DNA of 63,888 nt, counting the filler, from Peribolospora baueri (lineage: Eukaryota): assembly GCA_029717555.1 (NCBI GenBank). It is 4 parts of 4 records of this genome, joined end to end, with 100 filler letters (N's around TTAATTAATTAA, not from the genome) between each part and the next. Parts side by side here need not be neighbours in the genome. Positions count along the whole stretch, not along the records: positions 1 to 21,741 come from JAMDHS010000156.1; 3 more parts are not named here. One strand, written 5' to 3'. The translations under genes were made by a program, and so were the position numbers. This document shows, piece after piece, positions 1 to 11,903 of the stretch. The stretch's first letter is position 1. Each line of letters starts with the position of its first letter. The notes beneath the pieces were generated by a model that was given only the letters and a program-made list of their open reading frames with translations, had not been told where the DNA came from and ran no database searches.

Positions 1-68
1 TTTTTTTTTTTTTTTTTTCCCCTCGTCCGTCTTCTCTTTTCGCTCATTCACTTGTCAACCCCGCCCAG

Positions 69-326
69 CTACTGCATCGGCCAAGTGTACGCCCAACTCC
101 ACCTCGCCGCCGTCATTGGCACTGCCTCTGTGCTCATGGACTGGGAGCACGAGGTGACGCCCGACAGTGACAAGGTCCGGTGAGTAGTCGAAATTCCATC
201 TCGTCCCTTCCCTCGTCCGTCATGAACTAACCGGACTCGCGCGCCTTCAGCATCATCGCCACCATCTTCCCCAAGGACGGCTGCAGGCTCAAGTTCACCC
301 CGCGTCCTCGTCCCGAGGCGGCATGA
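69..326 (+). CDS. ERG5: C-22 sterol desaturase CYP61, last two exons (5' part outside window)
   Basis: Exons 69-179 and 251-326 (GT..AG intron 180-250) give YCIGQVYAQLHLAAVIGTASVLMDWEHEVTPDSDKVRIIATIFPKDGCRLKFTPR. This has the heme Cys and the CYP61-typical DWEH...ATIFPxD end. Confidence 0.88.
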
Positions 327-1507
327 GATGAAGGATGGGCGATTTTAATCTATAATGTCCGGTCCGGTCCCGTCGGGTCCCGTACCATACCATACCATAC
401 CGAACGAGACGAGACTAAACGAGACGACGCCCGCTTGCTCCTCACGTTTCCTGTTCTGTTGCGCTGGAGGGGGAGAAAGGGCGCGGGTGTACGAGGGTGG
501 AGGAGGGGGTGGTGGGGCCGGCTGATCGGTTCGGTCGTTCTTTAGTCGTTCATTCGTCGTTCGTTCGGTCGGACGGGTCAGTCGCAGGGAGGGACGGAGG
601 GGAGGGGAAGACCATCCATCCATCGTCCCACCACCACCACCACCTCCCGCCGCCCATCCGTCCGTGCATGTGTCCCCAGCACCCATCCCCCGATCCATTT
701 TCTCTCTCGTCCCCCCTATTTCCATCTTGTAGAAGGAAGGAAGAGCTTTCCCCCCCCCCTTCTCTTCTCTTTCCTAATTTCTTTTTTCGCTTCCCTCGCT
801 GGGAAGCTATGAATGATGCCCCATCCATCCGTCCATACGTCCGTCCGTCCCTACTTCCGTCCGTCCCGTCCGTCCCGTCCGTCCATGTATCCGATCGGTT
901 TTTGGCAGATGGGCATGATCTACATCACATACTTGCATACTTGCGTACGTCCAGCGTTCAGAGTAAGTACTATGGCCGTCGTCGGCACGGGCTGCGTCAC
1001 GCCGCGCCGCTTTGAAGCGGGTTTGTCGAAAGGACCATTTCGTCCTTCCGATTTATTCTCGCCGTGCCGCGCGCGGTCGGCTCGGCTTGGCAGACAGGCA
1101 CACAGAGAGAGGAGGAAGGTAACGAACGACTACTAGAGCCGGTCGTGTTCGAATATCATTCAGGAGCAGGAGAGCACGACAGCGACGGGAGCAGAGCGGC
1201 GACGGAACGGACGGGAGGAGATGGGTCTGAGTGATGGAACGAAGGAAATGTGGACGAGGATGGAAGAAGTGGAGGGAAGGAGGGAAGGACCATCGACGTC
1301 GGTCCGGTCGGCTGTGCGGTTCTCCGTTTTGTTTGGCTTCACGCGACGAACCGAATGCATTGAGCGGGAGCGGGCTGCTCGGCTCGCATTCGTTGCGGGC
1401 TATGACAAGAGCGAAAAATCAAAGGAGAGTGAAGGGATGAGCGTCTCCATCCTTCTCCGTCGCCCGCTCTCCCTCGCAAACGACCCGCGCTCACCTTACT
1501 ATGCCTC

Positions 1508-2730
1508 CTACGTCGTCGTCGTCGTCGCAGCCGTGCCAAACTTCTCCGCCCTCTTCCGGCGCCTCTCCTCCTCCGCCGGATCGAGAGGAGCGGGCGCAGG
1601 CCTCTTCGTCTCGCCAGCGGCCGCGGTGCCGGTGCCGAACCGCTCCGCCCTCGCTGATCGTTTGGACAAATCGGCGGTGTTGGCGGTCGCCTGGTGAGGA
1701 GAGAAGGTAATGACGACATGAGAAGCGCTTCGGGCCGAACGTTGGCACCTCCACCCGTGGAGGCCTCGTCCGAGACGAAACGGTTTGGAAACACTCACAT
1801 CGACAGGCCTGTTGTTCCCCCTCCTCTCCACGCCACCACGCCCGCCTCGCCCGCCTCGCCCGCCGTGCCTGCCGCGCCCTCCACCGCCGCCGGTAGGGCC
1901 GCGCAACTGTTCCAGAGCGACATCCGTCATACCAAACTTGAGCGCCCGCTCCAGCTTTTTCTCCGACTCATCACCTAACTCCATCCCAAAGCGCTCGGCG
2001 CGCTTCCGGCGCTTCTCCAGCTCCCGCTCCACCTCTGCTCGTTTCTCTTCCTCTGTCTTCTCCGGCTGCGGGGCGGATTCGACGGGAGCAGGGGAAGCAG
2101 AGACGGTGCCGATGGTCGGCTGAACGGACGGGGCCGTGCTAAAAGGCGCGGGGTTCGCCGTCGTCGTCTTGGCCGTTGCCACTGGCGCGGAGGGAGCTGC
2201 CGCCGCCGCTGCCGTCGACGGGGGCTCTACGGCTGTGGCACCAGACTCGGCCTGCGCTGTTCCGGACGTGTCTTCGTCATTCCTGGCGAAACATAAACAA
2301 GAACGATAAATTAAGCCAGCCACTCTACTAAAGGAGTCTTCTGGACGTATAACGCCAAAGCTTAGCTCTGTGAGACGAGTCTCAGGCCGGACAAAGGTCT
2401 CACCAAGAGAACGCCTTCGGAGGCGCGAGCAGATCATCCTCGACAGGATCCACAGGAGCAGCAGCAGCGCGAGAAGCAGCGGGGGCAGTAATGCTCGCCG
2501 TAGCCGCTGGATTGTCGAGCAGGCGAGCGACGAGGTCGTCCTTCTTGCCCGTGACGGGCAAGTTGGCTTTGAGCAACAACTCCTGTCGGAGGGGGAGGAC
2601 GCGACGCGAACCGCGAAGGGGGCGTCAGGCAACCGGTGCTTTCCATCCTTGCGGCGCGTTTCGTCCTTGCAACGCCGGTGCTTCTCACCTTGAGCTCAGG
2701 GACCTTGAGAGCCTTGAGCTTGGCTTCCAT
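1508..2730 (-). CDS. THO1: SAP-domain mRNA export factor Tho1/MOS11/SARNP
   Basis: Spliced N-terminus MEAKLKALKVPELK|ELLLKANLPVTGKKDDLVARL is a SAP motif. The C-terminus has repeated KRRKRAERFG/RRKRAEKFG motifs and an RGG tract. Three GT-AG introns. Confidence 0.85.
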
Positions 2731-2890
2731 TGTCGGGTGTTCTGAGATGATGGTGGTCGGATGGCAGACGGAACACAGGCCCGACGTGATCAGTTCAGAA
2801 ACTAGTGGGGTGCACGTGACCAGAAAGCCCTCCAAGGTCGAGTCGAGCCGTTCGTCGTGCCTCGCCCGCTGCGTCCATCAATATCATGAC

Positions 2891-4250
2891 ATGACGGCTC
2901 TAGACGGGGTCGGCTCTCATCTGGACATCCCATACGGCCCAGCGCCGTCCAGCGATGCTCAAAGACAGCTTGACGTCTTTGTTCCCGCCGAGTCCGCTGG
3001 CGGTCGTTCGAGACCGGCATTGATAGTCTTCATTCACGGGTGCGTGAGCGCTTGCGCGGAGCGGTGTTTTGTACAGCTCGTCCTTCGACAGTGGACAAAG
3101 GAGGGCGGCGCTGACGCTTGGTCCCTCGTGCCCCCCGTCCACTACCTTTGGTTTATTCTCTGTTCCTGTTCCACTTCAACGACGTCTCTCTCTCACAGAG
3201 GAGCTTGGAGGACGTGAGCTCGTGATACGACTTGTCTGTGCAGCAAACTCGTCTTGCTCACGCTGTCCTCATCCCTTTACGATCAATGCGATCGCAATCG
3301 CATGCATCAGCGGCGACAAGTCAGAGCACCGCACTTTGGCCGCCCGCCTTTGCCGATCCGCTTCTCGCCCTGCCGTCGCTTTGATAAATTATCGTCTGTC
3401 CCCAGCTGTGCAGCACCCGGTTCACTTGCAGGATACATTGGACGCTCTGCTGTTCTTGCATGCCGGTGGTCAGGAGAGCTGGAGGACAGGTTACGACTCC
3501 AACAACGTCTGGATTGTCGGCCACAGCGCAGGCGCTTGGTGTGTTTGGGGGGGGGGGGGGGGGCGTGAGCTCCGTCCGAGACCCTACCAGTCTGTTAACT
3601 GACTGACAATGTCCATCCTTGCTGCCGTTTCCTGCAGGCTGGCTGGGTGCGTCGCCCTGCGGTCACCTTCCGACGCCAATCCTAAAGCTTGCGCGCAGCT
3701 GCTCTCGTCCATCCGAGGCTATGTGCTGGTCGACGGCATCTTCTCGGTGTCAGATCTTCTCAACGAATACCCGTCTTATTCAGACTTTATCGTCCAGGCC
3801 TTTGGTTCAGAACGAAGACTTGTGCCTCCCGGATTCGGTGGAGACACCATAGATCCGGCGAGGTATGCGGCCGTGGATCTGACGCGATGGACCTTGCACG
3901 ACTCAGGCGAGGCATCGTATGACGCGCACAAGCCACGACTGTGGGTCGTCCACTCGAGAGACGACGAGCTGTTGACCCTCCGCCAGTCCGAACACTTCGT
4001 CGACCACCTGCAGACGCTCCTCCTCGGCTCTGACCCTGACCTTCACTCTTCCCAAACCCTGGCGAAAGCGGAAACGAAATGCCACGCGGATGTTCGAAGA
4101 GGGCGCCTACCAAAGGGCCAATCCGGTCACCTGGTCACACCGCGAGGCGATCTAACAGTGGAATACGATCGCGTGACGGGACACCATGACGCTCTACTGG
4201 AGAGCGAGCAGTTCGTACATTACATAGTGGAGGTGACCAGTGCGGACTAG
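2891..4250 (+). CDS. Alpha/beta hydrolase, kynurenine formamidase (Bna7/AFMID)-like
   Basis: Spliced product has DIPYG...QLDVF, VFIHG|GAW oxyanion motif, INYRLSP, HPVHL.D, GHSAG nucleophile elbow, VVHSRDDELL and a C-terminal GHHD. Divergent from THO1 across 160 bp. Confidence 0.8.
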
Positions 4251-4934
4251 AGGATGGATGGAAGACAGTAGAGACGGTGCAGTTGGCGTCCACAACACGG
4301 ACAGGTGGTTATGAGTGGGCCTACCAGCCGACATAGATAAGGATGCTTTGGATACGAGCCTCTCCACGGCGGATCGTTGTTTGCTGTCGCCTGACTTGAA
4401 AGTCAAAAGTTTTGGAGCGAGGTTTTGTTCACAAACGAACCGTGCTCAAGGTCGATGTACGCCATGGTCCAGAACTGCTCTACAGCAGCCTCCAAGAAGC
4501 CCGGCCAGGTATGTCGAGAATAACCGGAGAGTTCGGCATACGCTTACGTGCGGTGCGGACGACGCTTGAGGAGCACAAGGCCGCCCCCACACCCCCCCCC
4601 CCTTCCATGTGCGAAAAATCACAAGGTCTACCCGATCCTCCTCTCCCGAGACTTATGACCAATCGTGCCACAGAGGGTGATCAAAAGTAGACATTGTCCT
4701 TTCCAACAGGGTCCGCCTTTCCAGAGCGGGACGAGAGTCACATAAAGTAGAATACACGTACACAGCCGACGCGCGCCAAGGCGATACGACGATATGAGCG
4801 ATCCGCAGGCAGACCGGAAATGAAAATGAGGGCAAACACAGAGAGGGAGACATGTGAAAAGAGAGTAAGAGATACGATACGACACGAAACGATATGAATG
4901 ATTTGGGGTTGAAACGAGTTGAGGTGAAGGGGAA

Positions 4935-7900
4935 TCAATCGTCGCCTTCCATAGCGGCGAACAACTTCTCGTCCATCGGCTCCAAGCCGAGATCTTCTCC
5001 CTGCTGCTGGCCTTGCTGCAACTGTCCGCGAGAGCCCTTCTTTTCGTGCCTCCGCGTCGACGATTCCCACGCGGCCGTCAGACTCTGCCGTTCGACAGGA
5101 CGGTGGTAGCCGAAACGAGCGATAAAGCTACCCGTAGGGGACGACGTCGTGTTGGTAGACGGCGAAGGGCACGATTCGGCCGGCGTCGAAGGGGTGTAAT
5201 CGCGTCGTGGGAGTGAAGTTTTGCGCGGCGTCCCTCTCGCTGACGAGACGGCGGGGTGGAAGGGCACCTTGGACGCCACGCCTGCAGTGGGGCGATGAGG
5301 TGAAGTGGGCAACGGAGGAGGAACTCGCAGCGTATCGTCCTCGTCATCCAGCTCGGCCCTCTGCTCCTGTTCTTCCTCTCTACGAACGGCCAGACGGGCG
5401 CCTCTCCCGGTTGCGTTGGGAGATTCGACCCTTTCCCCAGCGCCGGCCTCGTCGTCGGTCGAGCTGGAGCTGAGGGGCAGAGAAGCGACGGCGTCGACGG
5501 CAATGTCGAGATCCATACTCATGATGTCGTGGCGTCCGCCATGGCCGACCGCCAGCCCAAGCGCGGAGAAAGAGCCATCAGATGCGTTGCGTGAGTGGCC
5601 TATCGAACGCTTGGCCCTGCGAACTGGTTCAGATGAAGGCTCATTGTCCACGGAAATGTCACTGACAGAGTCACCGTTCTCGGTGTCCGCGATGGAGTCC
5701 AAGTTGCCAAAGTTCTGCGAGCTGGGGAAGCGCCGTGACGACCCGAAGGTTCCTCCACGCACCGTCGATGGGCTGAGGAACACATCTTCTTCGTCCAGGT
5801 CGTCGAGGTCCGCTTGATGGCGATAAGAACCATTGGCAGAGCCAGCGCTTTGATCCTCAAGCTTGCCCGCTTCGCCGCGCAGTCCTTCCTCTTCTTCTGC
5901 AAAGCCCATCTCGCCACTCGCTCGCCTGAGAGCGCCCAGCTCAAGCCTACGCTCTAGGACGCGCTTCTCGTCCTTCATAGCGTCCAGCTCCCGCGCCTCG
6001 GATCGCAGTCTAGCCTTCAGGTCTCTGATCAGGTCCATCAAAATGAGCACCCTCTCGCTACTTTCACCCTCTGACGAGCTCTTCTCAGCCTCCTCATCTC
6101 TTCTCCTCCTCTCCTCCGCCTCCTCCGCCAACGCCCTACGAAGCATGAGGTTGTCAGCAACCTCGCGCTTCAATTCCGCCTCCAGATCGTTGTTCTTGGA
6201 ACGGAGCTCCGTGACGAGGGCCTGGGACTCAGACAGAGCATCGAGCAGAGCTTCGCACTCCAACTCATGACGCCTTTGCAGCGCCACGATCGTGGCGGAC
6301 GAAGCCGTGCTCGCACCCTCCAAGGAACGCCCATCGCCGCTTCCATTCGAGGCTCTCAAATCCTCCGAGAACGCCGGGCGGTGCACACCACGCATAGCAG
6401 CGCTCGATGGCGTGCCGATTCGGTCGTCGAGGTGAAGGGGCCTGATCGGTGCCACCCTGCGTCCCGTCGGGCTTGCAGGCCAGTTGTATTGATCATCTTC
6501 CTCCAAGCCACCGGCCCCGATCTCGTCCAAGCTTGAGCGCGCCCAACGCCGACTCAGGCCGAGCGGGATGACGGACGTCTGCCCGTGGGCGAGCCGCGCA
6601 GCGCTAGAAAAGCTCAAAGCGCTCTGCGCGCGCTCAAAGTGTGGACGGAGAGGGCTATGCGTCTGACCGAGAGCGCCTAGAGATCGCAGCGAGGCACTTG
6701 ACACGACGGTGTTCGCCCGCTTGCGAGGCACGACGTCCATCTCTGCGGGCAAAGTGGACGATTCGAAGGACAGTGTCGTCTTTCTCGGCGAGCCACGACC
6801 AAAGGGGCTGTCCAAGCTGGCTCTCTTACTTGCTTTCTCGCGGGCGAGCAATTCGTTAGCGCGCTCGAGCGCAGTGCTTGGCGAGGCTGGTATGGCGGAT
6901 TTGGAGCGGACTAACTGCGTGGAGCCGGTCTCATGATCGGTGCGAATGGGGAACCAAGACGTCTTCGAGAGGCGAAGAGACGCGTAAGCGGGTATCGGAT
7001 TCTTCCCCTTGACCGAACGTTCGTTGTCGCCGGTCAAGCGCCGCGGCGATGTCCAGCCAGACCTCCTCTCGTAGCTTGCACCGGCACCACCAGACTGGAC
7101 GCGGTCAGGGTCCAAAGACTTGAACGCCTTTATGGGAGTCTTGGGTTCTTCATCGACGGTGTCCTCAGACTCGATCGTGTGCTCCAGCCTCGGCGCCTCC
7201 CGCGCGGTCGAAGCCGAAGCTTGCGAAGCGAACACGGGGCCTCGTTTTGTGGGACTCCGACTGCTGCTCCTACTCCTGGTCCACTCAATTCTGCTCTGTC
7301 TCCCGCCAATAGAGCTCGCCGAATCCGTCGAGCTCGGCGGTACAGCCAAACAAGTCTTGACGGACGAAGAGACGGGATACGGCGACTGGACGACGCTCTC
7401 GAGGGCGGACTTGAAGCTATGAAGACTGTCGGTGCTGGGTGACGAGCCGATCGTGCTCCGCCTGCCATAGCCGGGTGTTTGGAGTGTAGAGACGGCAGAA
7501 CGCGCGGTGGAAGAATCGAAGGTCGGAAGAGAATGTTCAAGAACGTCAGGGAGGGAGAGACGAGAAGAGGGACGATACGCCTGGCCCTCCGATGCGGGTT
7601 CTAAGAAACGGCCCATGGTCGGGGGACGAGGAGTAGGCTCGCCGGATTGAGAACCAGAGACAGACCGAGCGGCCCCAGGACCTGGAGCAGCATCCGTTCC
7701 GTCAGACGCGGTCGGTACTAGCAAGCCGCTGGGTCCCTCAACCTCTTCCGACGGCTCTTCGATCATCGGAATTTCACCTGTGGAGCCATCTGAGATGCCG
7801 TTATTGGTCTCGTCCAGCTTCCGCGGAGAAGTATCGTCAAGTGCAAGAGAGCCAGGACGAGGCGTAGTGTCTCCGACGGCATGAGCAGAGACACTCGCGT

Positions 7901-10900
7901 CTGTGTCCTCGTCCACAGGCACGCTGACTCCCCCTTCCTTGCCGATGGCGGAGGAAACAGGTCCGCTGGACTTAACCAAATCGCTTGCGGCGACTGAATC
8001 CGAATCCGTCCTCGCCAACATCTCCGCACCGATTCCGGTCGAGAGACTCTCATGCCTAGCCTCCTCCTCCTCCAAAGGCAACGGACTTGGGCTGAGTTGC
8101 TCACCCGCGCCATGATTGGGACCAAACAACCACATCTCCCCATCCGCCTCCGCGTCCAAGTCGCCTTCAGCGTCGGCGGACTCCAAGATGAGGTCCCTCA
8201 TTCGCAAGTACGCCTCTTCCGCCTCACGCACACCCGTTTTTCTACGCTCGGCACGAGAAGCTATGACGAAGGGAGGAGTCGCGCCGATGATGGAGAACCT
8301 GCCGGAGGTGGAGGTCGCGATGTCCGTCTCCGCTTCGGGCCTGGGCAACGAACGACGACGCGAGGTGGCACCCGGGATGGAGCCAGGTGTCAGAGGCGAA
8401 TTGTCCTCCGCCGAGGCCACCTGGCCTTCGTCACCCTCCTCCGCGTAGCCCCCATCGCCTTCGGAGTCCCCTTCTGACTCGTCACGATTGAGCGCGACGT
8501 TACTGATGGCCCTCCTGAGATCGAAGGCAGCCTCAGCGATGGCTGAGTGTCGGTCGGGGGTGCACCTTGACAAATGAGCCGTGGAGAGAGAAAGAGACAA
8601 TGAGAGCGACGAACGTCCTCCGATGGACTGGGAGCGCTCTCTAGATCGAGAACGATCTCGTTCGCTACCCGCATCGTCAGGGCTGGCGGGGAAAGGAAGG
8701 ACGGAAGCTGAGGCGGACACGGAACGGTCCGTAGAAAATTGGCTGAGCATGGCTGTGCTAGCGAACGGCACGCTGAGCCTGCTGGGCGTCACTGGTGGCT
8801 GGTCTGGTCCGGCGACGGGACGCGAAGAGGGAGACTCGGCCGCCGCGCCGGGAATGGGTGGCCAAGAGCGCAAAGCTTCCTCCACCCTTTGTAGTTCCGC
8901 CTCCATATCTTCTATCGTCAGGCTCGCCGAAGAGGCGGCGGCGCTGGCGAGGGACATGGACAAGACGCGCTGAGGGAGAGCGGGCCGCCGTCGTTCCAGC
9001 TCTGAGAAAGTAGTCTGGTTCGAGGCGAACGAGCGCGCCGAGGGAGGTTGCGGAGAGCTTTCAGCCACGGCGGGTCGGGAGGGCGTATGCAGAGGGTGAA
9101 TGACTAGCGAACGAAGGCGGGGAGAACCCTCGGACGGCCGATCTTGCTCATCGACCGAGGTAGGTACGTCTGTCGCAAGGGATGATGGTCCGCCATCCTG
9201 GATGTCCACTCCGGCGCCCTCTTCAGCCCCACACTCCGGCCCATCGATCACAGCCTGACTGCTAACATGCTTAGGTGCGTGACTGAGCTTGTCAACACTC
9301 CCGACCCGAACCATGTTTGCCGTCGGCACCCCGACGACGGTCGGAGAGGGAGTATCCGCGAGCACCCCTTCTCGTCCTCCACCCACAAAGCTCGGTTTCT
9401 CCATCCATTCCTGATCGTCCGCCAATCCGCTCCTCTCCTTCCCTCTCTCGCCAACCTCTCCCGTCGAGTCCGCTCCGTCCGCACCAGGGATTTGGTCGAC
9501 AAAAGGAATTTGGTCGATAAAAGTGGTCAACGACCTCTTCGTGGCCCTTCTGGTACTCCTCGTCTCAGCCCATCGATGCCCGGAGGAAGGCGAAGGCGAA
9601 GCGGGGACGGAAGGAGGTAGAGAGTGAGAGAGGGAGGCAGAACGGGAGGCAGAAGTGGACGAGGTAAGCTCAGTGGCAAAAACGTCATGATCCGATACGT
9701 CGCGGTTATAGTCAATGTCGGCGTCGAGAAGGCCATCGCGATAAAGCGACTCTTCGTATGCTTCGTCCTCCTCTGTGTTGAGGCCGGGCAGCCGAACCGA
9801 ACCTGCACTTTCTCTCCCACTTCCGCTCTCTCCCTCGACTGTGTCCAGCTTTCCGGCAAGCTTCAGCCCAGGGCCGTCTCCATCCTTCCCCTCCCCTTTC
9901 TCGACGTGCTCTTGCTCCTCTGTCTTCCCCTCCCGCCCCTCCGGCAGCCTCAATCCACCCAGATCCTGGATGAGCTCCTCCAGGGGGCTGTTCACTCGCT
10001 CCGCAGCCAAGAGATGAGAAGAGCCTCCTGAGATCGCAGTGGAGAACGAGGCCGGCGATAGCGGTCGACGGTGGGGTTGGAAAGTGCCGGCGGTTCTGCC
10101 ATTGACCGGGTTCAGGATCACGCCCCTGAAGCCGCTGGTGATACTGGCGGTGGCGCTGTCTCTTGAACCGGGCCTCTTAAACTCATTCGGCAAGAGCACG
10201 GCAGGTGATGTGGGCTCCGAAGCCGGGTTGGGAGCAGCGGCGGAGGCGGCGGAAGGTGCAGGTTTCGTCGTCCCTCTTCCATCCCCTCTGCTCGCGCCAG
10301 GGCCCACACCTGCAAGAACGCTCCACAATCCGTCCTCGTCCGCGAACATCGGACTTCCCTGTCCGTCCAACTCCCTGCCGTCCCTACCATTGGCCTCGCC
10401 GTACCTGAGCGATAAAGAAAAGTTCCGCACTGGCCTTCGCCCTTGCCCGTAACCACGTCCGTAAGGTCCAGATGCGAGGCCTTGGAGAGTGTTGCTACGG
10501 GCTAACCGCCCATCCGGCGCCGCCGAAGTTGAGGAGACGGAGTGGGAAGTAGTACCGGCGCTGCTGCCACGCCGAAAGAGAGCGGGCAACGAGGAGAGCG
10601 AGGAAGTGTGTTTTCTCACGTACGAAGCCGGGGCGCGCGAGGAGTCTGCTCCTACCGCCCGCGTGGGAGCCGCAGTAACCCCGGCCTGGCCGTCCCCGCT
10701 GAACCGTCTCAAACGACCCTCCTCATCAACGTCGACATCGTCACTGGCCTCTCGCAAACTACTCAGGCCCGGTCCAGGCCGACCGCTCATGCTGAGGCTT
10801 CCACCTTCCCGACTCAGTCTATAGGGCTCCGTGTACGGGTACGGCGGAGCAGAAGAAAAATCCACTTCATCTTCGGGCAGTGGAGTCGCAAATTGTCCAA

Positions 10901-11903
10901 CGCCGTCATCGCTGTCGCTGGTGGAGAGCGCGGGAAATACGATAGAAGCGGAATCGTACGCCGTGGGCGTGATAGGAGCGGAGGAGGACGCGCTGGCGTT
11001 GAGGGGAAGGGGAACGGAAGCGGAGGAGGCGTGGCCGATGACGTAAACCTCCGATGGCGGGTAGTCGCGCTGGCTGTCGCCGTCGGCGTCCGTGCCTGCT
11101 AGGCCATCACTTGAAGCATCTGTTCCTCCTCCTCCACCATTCAGGAGAGGGTTACTTCCACCGGTGAGTTTGGCGGTGGGTTGGGAAGAGAGAGAAAAAG
11201 GAGAGAAGGAAGGTCGAGCATCACCGTCTCGAACGGCTGTCGAGCGACTATCGACCGTGCGCGACGAAGAGCCGCTGATGCTCATCGCAGCACCGGTCAA
11301 TGAAGGCGCAGGGATCTTGGAGGAGGCCGGGGATCGCCTCTTGCCAAGACTGAAGAGGCGTTTCAGCCCGCTCCCTCTTCTGCTGACGCTGCCTCCTCCA
11401 GAAGCGGGATTCAAGCTCCCTGTTCTCCCAGAAACGTTGGAAAGGGAAGCAGACCGATCGGGGCTTGCCGCTACGCCTGTATCTCCAAGAGCTGTCGTAG
11501 GAGCTGGGAGGGCGGTGACGACGTTGGTGGAGGAGATGGAGGATGTAGCAGGAGAGGTGACGCCGGCGCCTCCGGCGGAACTCAAGATTCCGAGGCCCAC
11601 CAATTCAGTCGAGACAGATACACCTGGATCGGTAGCCTGAATGCCATTGGTAAGGGCATACGCAGAGACAGAGGCCGAGTGTAGGAGGACGTCGTTCTGC
11701 GAGTAAGAGCCAGGCAGACGGCGCGTGGAGCCGGCGATCGGAGCAGAGATGTAAGAGGACGGACGCCTGCCCTTGTTGGCTGCAATGCTAGGAAGCGAGC
11801 TGGACGATACGGAGACAGAGAGAGAGCCGGAGCGTTGTGGGAGCTTCTGCTGCTGCTGCTGTTGCTGCTGCTGCTTCTGAAGCTTAGACCCGCGCCGACG
11901 CAT
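4935..11903 (-). CDS. 2322-aa single-exon Ser/Pro/Arg-rich disordered protein with C-terminal coiled coil, unknown function
   Basis: 7-kb uninterrupted ORF from ATG to stop. N-terminal polyQ; heptad region ALQRRHELECEALLDALSESQ...LERRLEL. Confidence 0.8.
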   Translation of the reverse strand: MRRRGSKLQKQQQQQQQQQKLPQRSGSLSVSVSSSSLPSIAANKGRRPSSYISAPIAGSTRRLPGSYSQNDVLLHSASVSAYALTNGIQATDPGVSVSTELVGLGILSSAGGAGVTSPATSSISSTNVVTALPAPTTALGDTGVAASPDRSASLSNVSGRTGSLNPASGGGSVSRRGSGLKRLFSLGKRRSPASSKIPAPSLTGAAMSISGSSSRTVDSRSTAVRDGDARPSFSPFSLSSQPTAKLTGGSNPLLNGGGGGTDASSDGLAGTDADGDSQRDYPPSEVYVIGHASSASVPLPLNASASSSAPITPTAYDSASIVFPALSTSDSDDGVGQFATPLPEDEVDFSSAPPYPYTEPYRLSREGGSLSMSGRPGPGLSSLREASDDVDVDEEGRLRRFSGDGQAGVTAAPTRAVGADSSRAPASYVRKHTSSLSSLPALFRRGSSAGTTSHSVSSTSAAPDGRLARSNTLQGLASGPYGRGYGQGRRPVRNFSLSLRYGEANGRDGRELDGQGSPMFADEDGLWSVLAGVGPGASRGDGRGTTKPAPSAASAAAPNPASEPTSPAVLLPNEFKRPGSRDSATASITSGFRGVILNPVNGRTAGTFQPHRRPLSPASFSTAISGGSSHLLAAERVNSPLEELIQDLGGLRLPEGREGKTEEQEHVEKGEGKDGDGPGLKLAGKLDTVEGESGSGRESAGSVRLPGLNTEEDEAYEESLYRDGLLDADIDYNRDVSDHDVFATELTSSTSASRSASLSHSLPPSVPASPSPSSGHRWAETRSTRRATKRSLTTFIDQIPFVDQIPGADGADSTGEVGERGKERSGLADDQEWMEKPSFVGGGREGVLADTPSPTVVGVPTANMVRVGSVDKLSHAPKHVSSQAVIDGPECGAEEGAGVDIQDGGPSSLATDVPTSVDEQDRPSEGSPRLRSLVIHPLHTPSRPAVAESSPQPPSARSFASNQTTFSELERRRPALPQRVLSMSLASAAASSASLTIEDMEAELQRVEEALRSWPPIPGAAAESPSSRPVAGPDQPPVTPSRLSVPFASTAMLSQFSTDRSVSASASVLPFPASPDDAGSERDRSRSRERSQSIGGRSSLSLSLSLSTAHLSRCTPDRHSAIAEAAFDLRRAISNVALNRDESEGDSEGDGGYAEEGDEGQVASAEDNSPLTPGSIPGATSRRRSLPRPEAETDIATSTSGRFSIIGATPPFVIASRAERRKTGVREAEEAYLRMRDLILESADAEGDLDAEADGEMWLFGPNHGAGEQLSPSPLPLEEEEARHESLSTGIGAEMLARTDSDSVAASDLVKSSGPVSSAIGKEGGVSVPVDEDTDASVSAHAVGDTTPRPGSLALDDTSPRKLDETNNGISDGSTGEIPMIEEPSEEVEGPSGLLVPTASDGTDAAPGPGAARSVSGSQSGEPTPRPPTMGRFLEPASEGQAYRPSSRLSLPDVLEHSLPTFDSSTARSAVSTLQTPGYGRRSTIGSSPSTDSLHSFKSALESVVQSPYPVSSSVKTCLAVPPSSTDSASSIGGRQSRIEWTRSRSSSRSPTKRGPVFASQASASTAREAPRLEHTIESEDTVDEEPKTPIKAFKSLDPDRVQSGGAGASYERRSGWTSPRRLTGDNERSVKGKNPIPAYASLRLSKTSWFPIRTDHETGSTQLVRSKSAIPASPSTALERANELLAREKASKRASLDSPFGRGSPRKTTLSFESSTLPAEMDVVPRKRANTVVSSASLRSLGALGQTHSPLRPHFERAQSALSFSSAARLAHGQTSVIPLGLSRRWARSSLDEIGAGGLEEDDQYNWPASPTGRRVAPIRPLHLDDRIGTPSSAAMRGVHRPAFSEDLRASNGSGDGRSLEGASTASSATIVALQRRHELECEALLDALSESQALVTELRSKNNDLEAELKREVADNLMLRRALAEEAEERRRRDEEAEKSSSEGESSERVLILMDLIRDLKARLRSEARELDAMKDEKRVLERRLELGALRRASGEMGFAEEEEGLRGEAGKLEDQSAGSANGSYRHQADLDDLDEEDVFLSPSTVRGGTFGSSRRFPSSQNFGNLDSIADTENGDSVSDISVDNEPSSEPVRRAKRSIGHSRNASDGSFSALGLAVGHGGRHDIMSMDLDIAVDAVASLPLSSSSTDDEAGAGERVESPNATGRGARLAVRREEEQEQRAELDDEDDTLRVPPPLPTSPHRPTAGVASKVPFHPAVSSARGTPRKTSLPRRDYTPSTPAESCPSPSTNTTSSPTGSFIARFGYHRPVERQSLTAAWESSTRRHEKKGSRGQLQQGQQQGEDLGLEPMDEKLFAAMEGDD

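Noticed and set aside
345..1500. Many 60-170 aa ORFs here and at 47400-50700
   Set aside because: Shadow ORFs from GC-rich microsatellite-laden UTR/intergenic DNA (CCGT, GACG repeats), with no protein-like signal apart from the MFS relic.
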